Assembly: GCF_001194135.2 (NCBI RefSeq)
Contig: NC_068989.1
Location: 5,205,240-5,257,989 of the forward strand
Origin: Octopus bimaculoides
Taxonomy: Eukaryota
DNA length: 52,750 nucleotides
Direction: 5' to 3'
Part shown: positions 49,731 through 52,750 of the stretch, piece by piece
Layout: the number at the start of each line of letters is the position of its first letter
How positions within the stretch are numbered: position 1 is the first letter of the stretch
Position numbers and translations under genes: made by a program
The notes under the pieces: generated by a model
What the model was told of the DNA's origin: nothing
Database searches by the model: none
The model's input: the letters and a program-made list of their open reading frames with translations, nothing else

Positions 49731-49914
49731 ACGCAGGCATGGATGTGCATAAGGGCGGACATGGCTGGGCATAAGCGCAGGCATGGCTGCGTATAGGCGC
49801 GGGCATGACTACGTATAAGCCCGGACATGAGTGCGTATAGGGGTGGACATGGCTGGGTATAGGCGCAGACATGGCTGGGTATAGGCGCAGGCATGGCTGG
49901 GTATAGGGGCGTAG
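49731..49914. repeat. Minisatellite, 8 x 22 bp GCGCAGGCATGGCTGGGTATAG
   Basis: Units start at 49731, 49753, 49775, 49797, 49819, 49841, 49863 and 49885. Confidence 0.95.
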
Positions 49915-50130
49915 AATCTCTTCTTTGGTCTTTTTCTTTGATCTAAAACGTTGTCCTTTCAGGTTTAGTAGACCTCCTTCTGTGCGAAACTGGAATTTTA
50001 CACCTTCATGGTAATACCCGAAAACATGTTGAAGCATCATTGAAAAGAATATGGAAAAAAAGTACAGGAGCTACAACGCAGCCATGTTTGGTTCTAGTGG
50101 CAACAAATAATACCTCAGAACATCGGCTGC
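49915..50130 (-). pseudogene. RTE/BovB-clade reverse transcriptase fragment
   Basis: SEVLFVATRTKHGCVVAPVLF (compare GVKQGCVLAPTLF), then EGVKFQFRTEGGLLNL...KTKEEIL (compare GxYIRFRTDGxLFNLRRLxAKTK) in a shifted frame. Confidence 0.8.
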
Positions 50131-50153
50131 TAGATAATAATAATAATAACAAC

Positions 50154-50209
<56 letters not shown>

Positions 50210-50379
50210 GAAGAAGAAGAAGAAGAAGAACAAAGAAGAAGAAATAATAATAATAATAATAATAAGAAGAAGAAGAAGAAAGAAGAAGAAAGAAGAAGAA
50301 ATAATAATAATAATAATAATAGTTTCTACTGTAGGAATAGGGCCTGAATAATAATAATTACATACATACGAACTGACAT

Positions 50380-50500
<121 letters not shown>

Positions 50501-50899
50501 AGGAGGGAGAGAAAACGAAGGAGAAAGAGAGAGGATTTTGATAATCGTTTTCTAATTCGAATTTTCTTTCACTCAGACTTTTACACCTAAACACCCACCT
50601 CACACACACACACACACGCGTACACACATAGAGGCACATGCACGAACACCTATATTCCGACATGCATCAGGAGGGTACCAAGTGCACGAACGGAGCGGGA
50701 TTTGGCAACCGACCAACGTACTTGTCTGTGGTATGACATTACAGTGTTGCTGAAAAGTGCAGCTTCCTTCCACGTTACATCATATCACACCTTGCTCACA
50801 AGTGGAGAGAAGATCATCGCCGACGCCACATCACAACACATTCATCTTACATCAGAGCAGGTTGAAAAGCAAACGGACTATAAGGTACAGAATCATTAA

Positions 50900-51261
50900 T
50901 AGCAGCAAGAAGAAGGAGCAGGGGTAAAAAGAAGAGGAGGAGGAGGAGGAGGAGAAAAAGGAGGAGGAGAAGAATGAGATGAAGTAGAAGAAGAAGAATG
51001 AGATGAAGAAGAAGAAGAAGAAGAAGAAGAAGAAGAAGAAGAAGAAGCTGATGATGGAGAAGAAGAAGAAGAAGAAGAAAAAGCTGATGATGGAGAAGAA
51101 AAAATGACGGAAAGAAGATGATGATGATAAGATGATGATGATGATGAGAAGAAGAAGAAGAAGAAGAAGCTGATGATGGAAAAGAAGATGAGGATGATAA
51201 AAAAGATGATGATGAGGAGAAGAAGAAGAAGAAGAAGAAGAAGAAGAAGAAGAAGAAGAAG

Positions 51262-51292
<31 letters not shown>
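50900..51292. repeat. Purine-rich (GAA)/(GGA)/(GAT) compound repeat
   Basis: Direct reading; the sub-unit GCTGATGATGGA occurs three times. Confidence 0.9.
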
Positions 51293-51293
<1 letters not shown>

Positions 51294-51334
51294 GAACAAC
51301 AACAACTATAACAGCAAAGATAATTGCTTCGAAT

Positions 51335-51535
51335 TTTGGCACAAAGCCAGCAATTTTTCGGGGGTGGGGGGATGAGTGACAGCCAATACTAGAATTTAAT
51401 TGGTGTTTTATTTTATCGGTCCCAGAAAGAGAAAAAAAGGCAAAGATGTTTATGGAATTTGAACTCAGAATGTAAATATGGCAAAAAAGACGTCGTAAGG
51501 CAATTCTTTCGACACGCTAACCATTCTGCTAACCC
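51335..51535 (-). mobile_element. SINE family B, degenerate
   Basis: TTTTGGCACAAAGCCAGCAATTTT tail, GGAATTTGAACTCAGAATG, GACACGCTAACCATTCTGC. Confidence 0.75.
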
Positions 51536-52189
51536 ACCACCCACCTAACCACCTAACTTACGCAAAAAAAACGCTTTGTAGTACTCAAAATGTATAAAAT
51601 ATGGGCTAACTAAATGCCTGAAAATAAGTATTGACGTTTAGGACAAACTTATGAAAATGCTTTGGACAGGTAAAATAAAAGGATAATTTTTTTTCAGCAA
51701 AGATTACTTAATGATTATTCAAATGATTTCACATTTACTCAATCCTTTTTTCTTATTGAATTTGTCTGAATCCGCTATATGTCGTTTATACAATTAAATA
51801 TAATTTACTATTAATATTAAGTTCATTTCTGGACTACTATAAACGTATTGGAAACCAATTTCATTTCTTACATGCAAGATAACGGTCGAGAGAAATCCAG
51901 TGGAGTTCTGTAACAATGAATGTGTCGTCATTAAGAACAATTCATCCATTATGAACAATTTATGGCTAGTTTTCAACCTAGATAACGTCGGTGACTAGAA
52001 ATTTCACACTGGTGTGAAATGCAGTTAAACTAGATGAAGCCTTCAGCCGTGAAGGCAAAATGGAGTAATGTTATTTATTGAAAGCTGAGTCTACGTGAGT
52101 GGACGCTTCGTGTTTTCAAACCAGGCAAATAAAGAGCGAAGACAAGAAGCTGCATATAACTCAAAATAGTATACATGTATATATATGTA

Positions 52190-52380
52190 TGTGAAGACGC
52201 GTGACCTAGTGGTTAGGGTATTGTACTCACGATTACTACATCGTACGTTCGATTGCCGGACTGAGCGATGCGTTGCTTGCCGATCGGGGGAAATGTTGGC
52301 CTGCTCACCTAACCAGCGGAGTGGCATTATTCGAAAGCTAAAACAATGCAAAGCGCACTGTGACTAGCGATGTATAACAA
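52190..52380 (+). mobile_element. SINE with family D-type tRNA head
   Basis: GCGTGACCTAGTGGTTAGGGTATTG...CACGAT...GTTCGATTGCC. Confidence 0.7.
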
Positions 52381-52750
52381 CAAGTAGCTGAAATATAGGT
52401 ATTATTAGTTGTTGTGGTTATAATATACTTAGTATTGCACCTAAGGACTTATGGACTTATTTCTACAAGATCGGGAAGTTGAACTGTGAACTTTTAGGCT
52501 TCTTTCTTCTCTTTCTTTATCTCCTTATTCCTTTACTCCTGTCCTCTATGTCGTCATTTCATTCATCTATGCTCTTCTCATTTTCCCTATTTGTCGCCGA
52601 TGATGGAATATCCCATACACTGGGATATCTCAGAAACAGCTGTAAGACTTTTATTTTTTTTTCAATAATAATAATAATGTATACGACTTGAGATGTTTGC
52701 CTTAACGTTTGTTGTACTCTTTAACAATTACATATATATATATATATATA

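Noticed and set aside
50900-51292. Acidic poly-Glu/Asp protein segment
   Set aside because: The Glu frame shifts repeatedly and stops intervene; this is a simple-repeat mosaic.

Overview
AT-rich, repeat-dominated eukaryotic draft-assembly DNA with many N gaps and very dense microsatellites. The SINE families and compound (CA)/(TA)/(TATG)/(TAA) repeats suggest an octopus genome; this is an inference from memory of such sequences, not a search result. There is no complete gene, rRNA, true tRNA or CRISPR array. Most listed ORFs are microsatellite or gap artefacts. Supported content: (1) three tRNA-headed SINE families (here A, B, D) and an (AAC)n-tailed retroposon family (C), in dozens of partial copies; (2) decayed transposon coding relics: a ZMYM1/DUF4371-type hAT transposase, a Tc1/mariner 5' half with its TIR, RTE-clade LINE pieces (endonuclease, RT, 3' ends), a long R4/Dong-like LINE and a Penelope-type GIY-YIG fragment; (3) MITEs and minisatellites; (4) three low-confidence + strand exon candidates. 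The most notable signal is a dispersed non-coding repeat (4 copies) carrying a minimal hammerhead-ribozyme-like motif of the Penelope type. One copy is truncated at the predicted cleavage site, and a second, unrelated hammerhead-like relic lies near 52 kb. Repeat boundaries were read by eye and are approximate.
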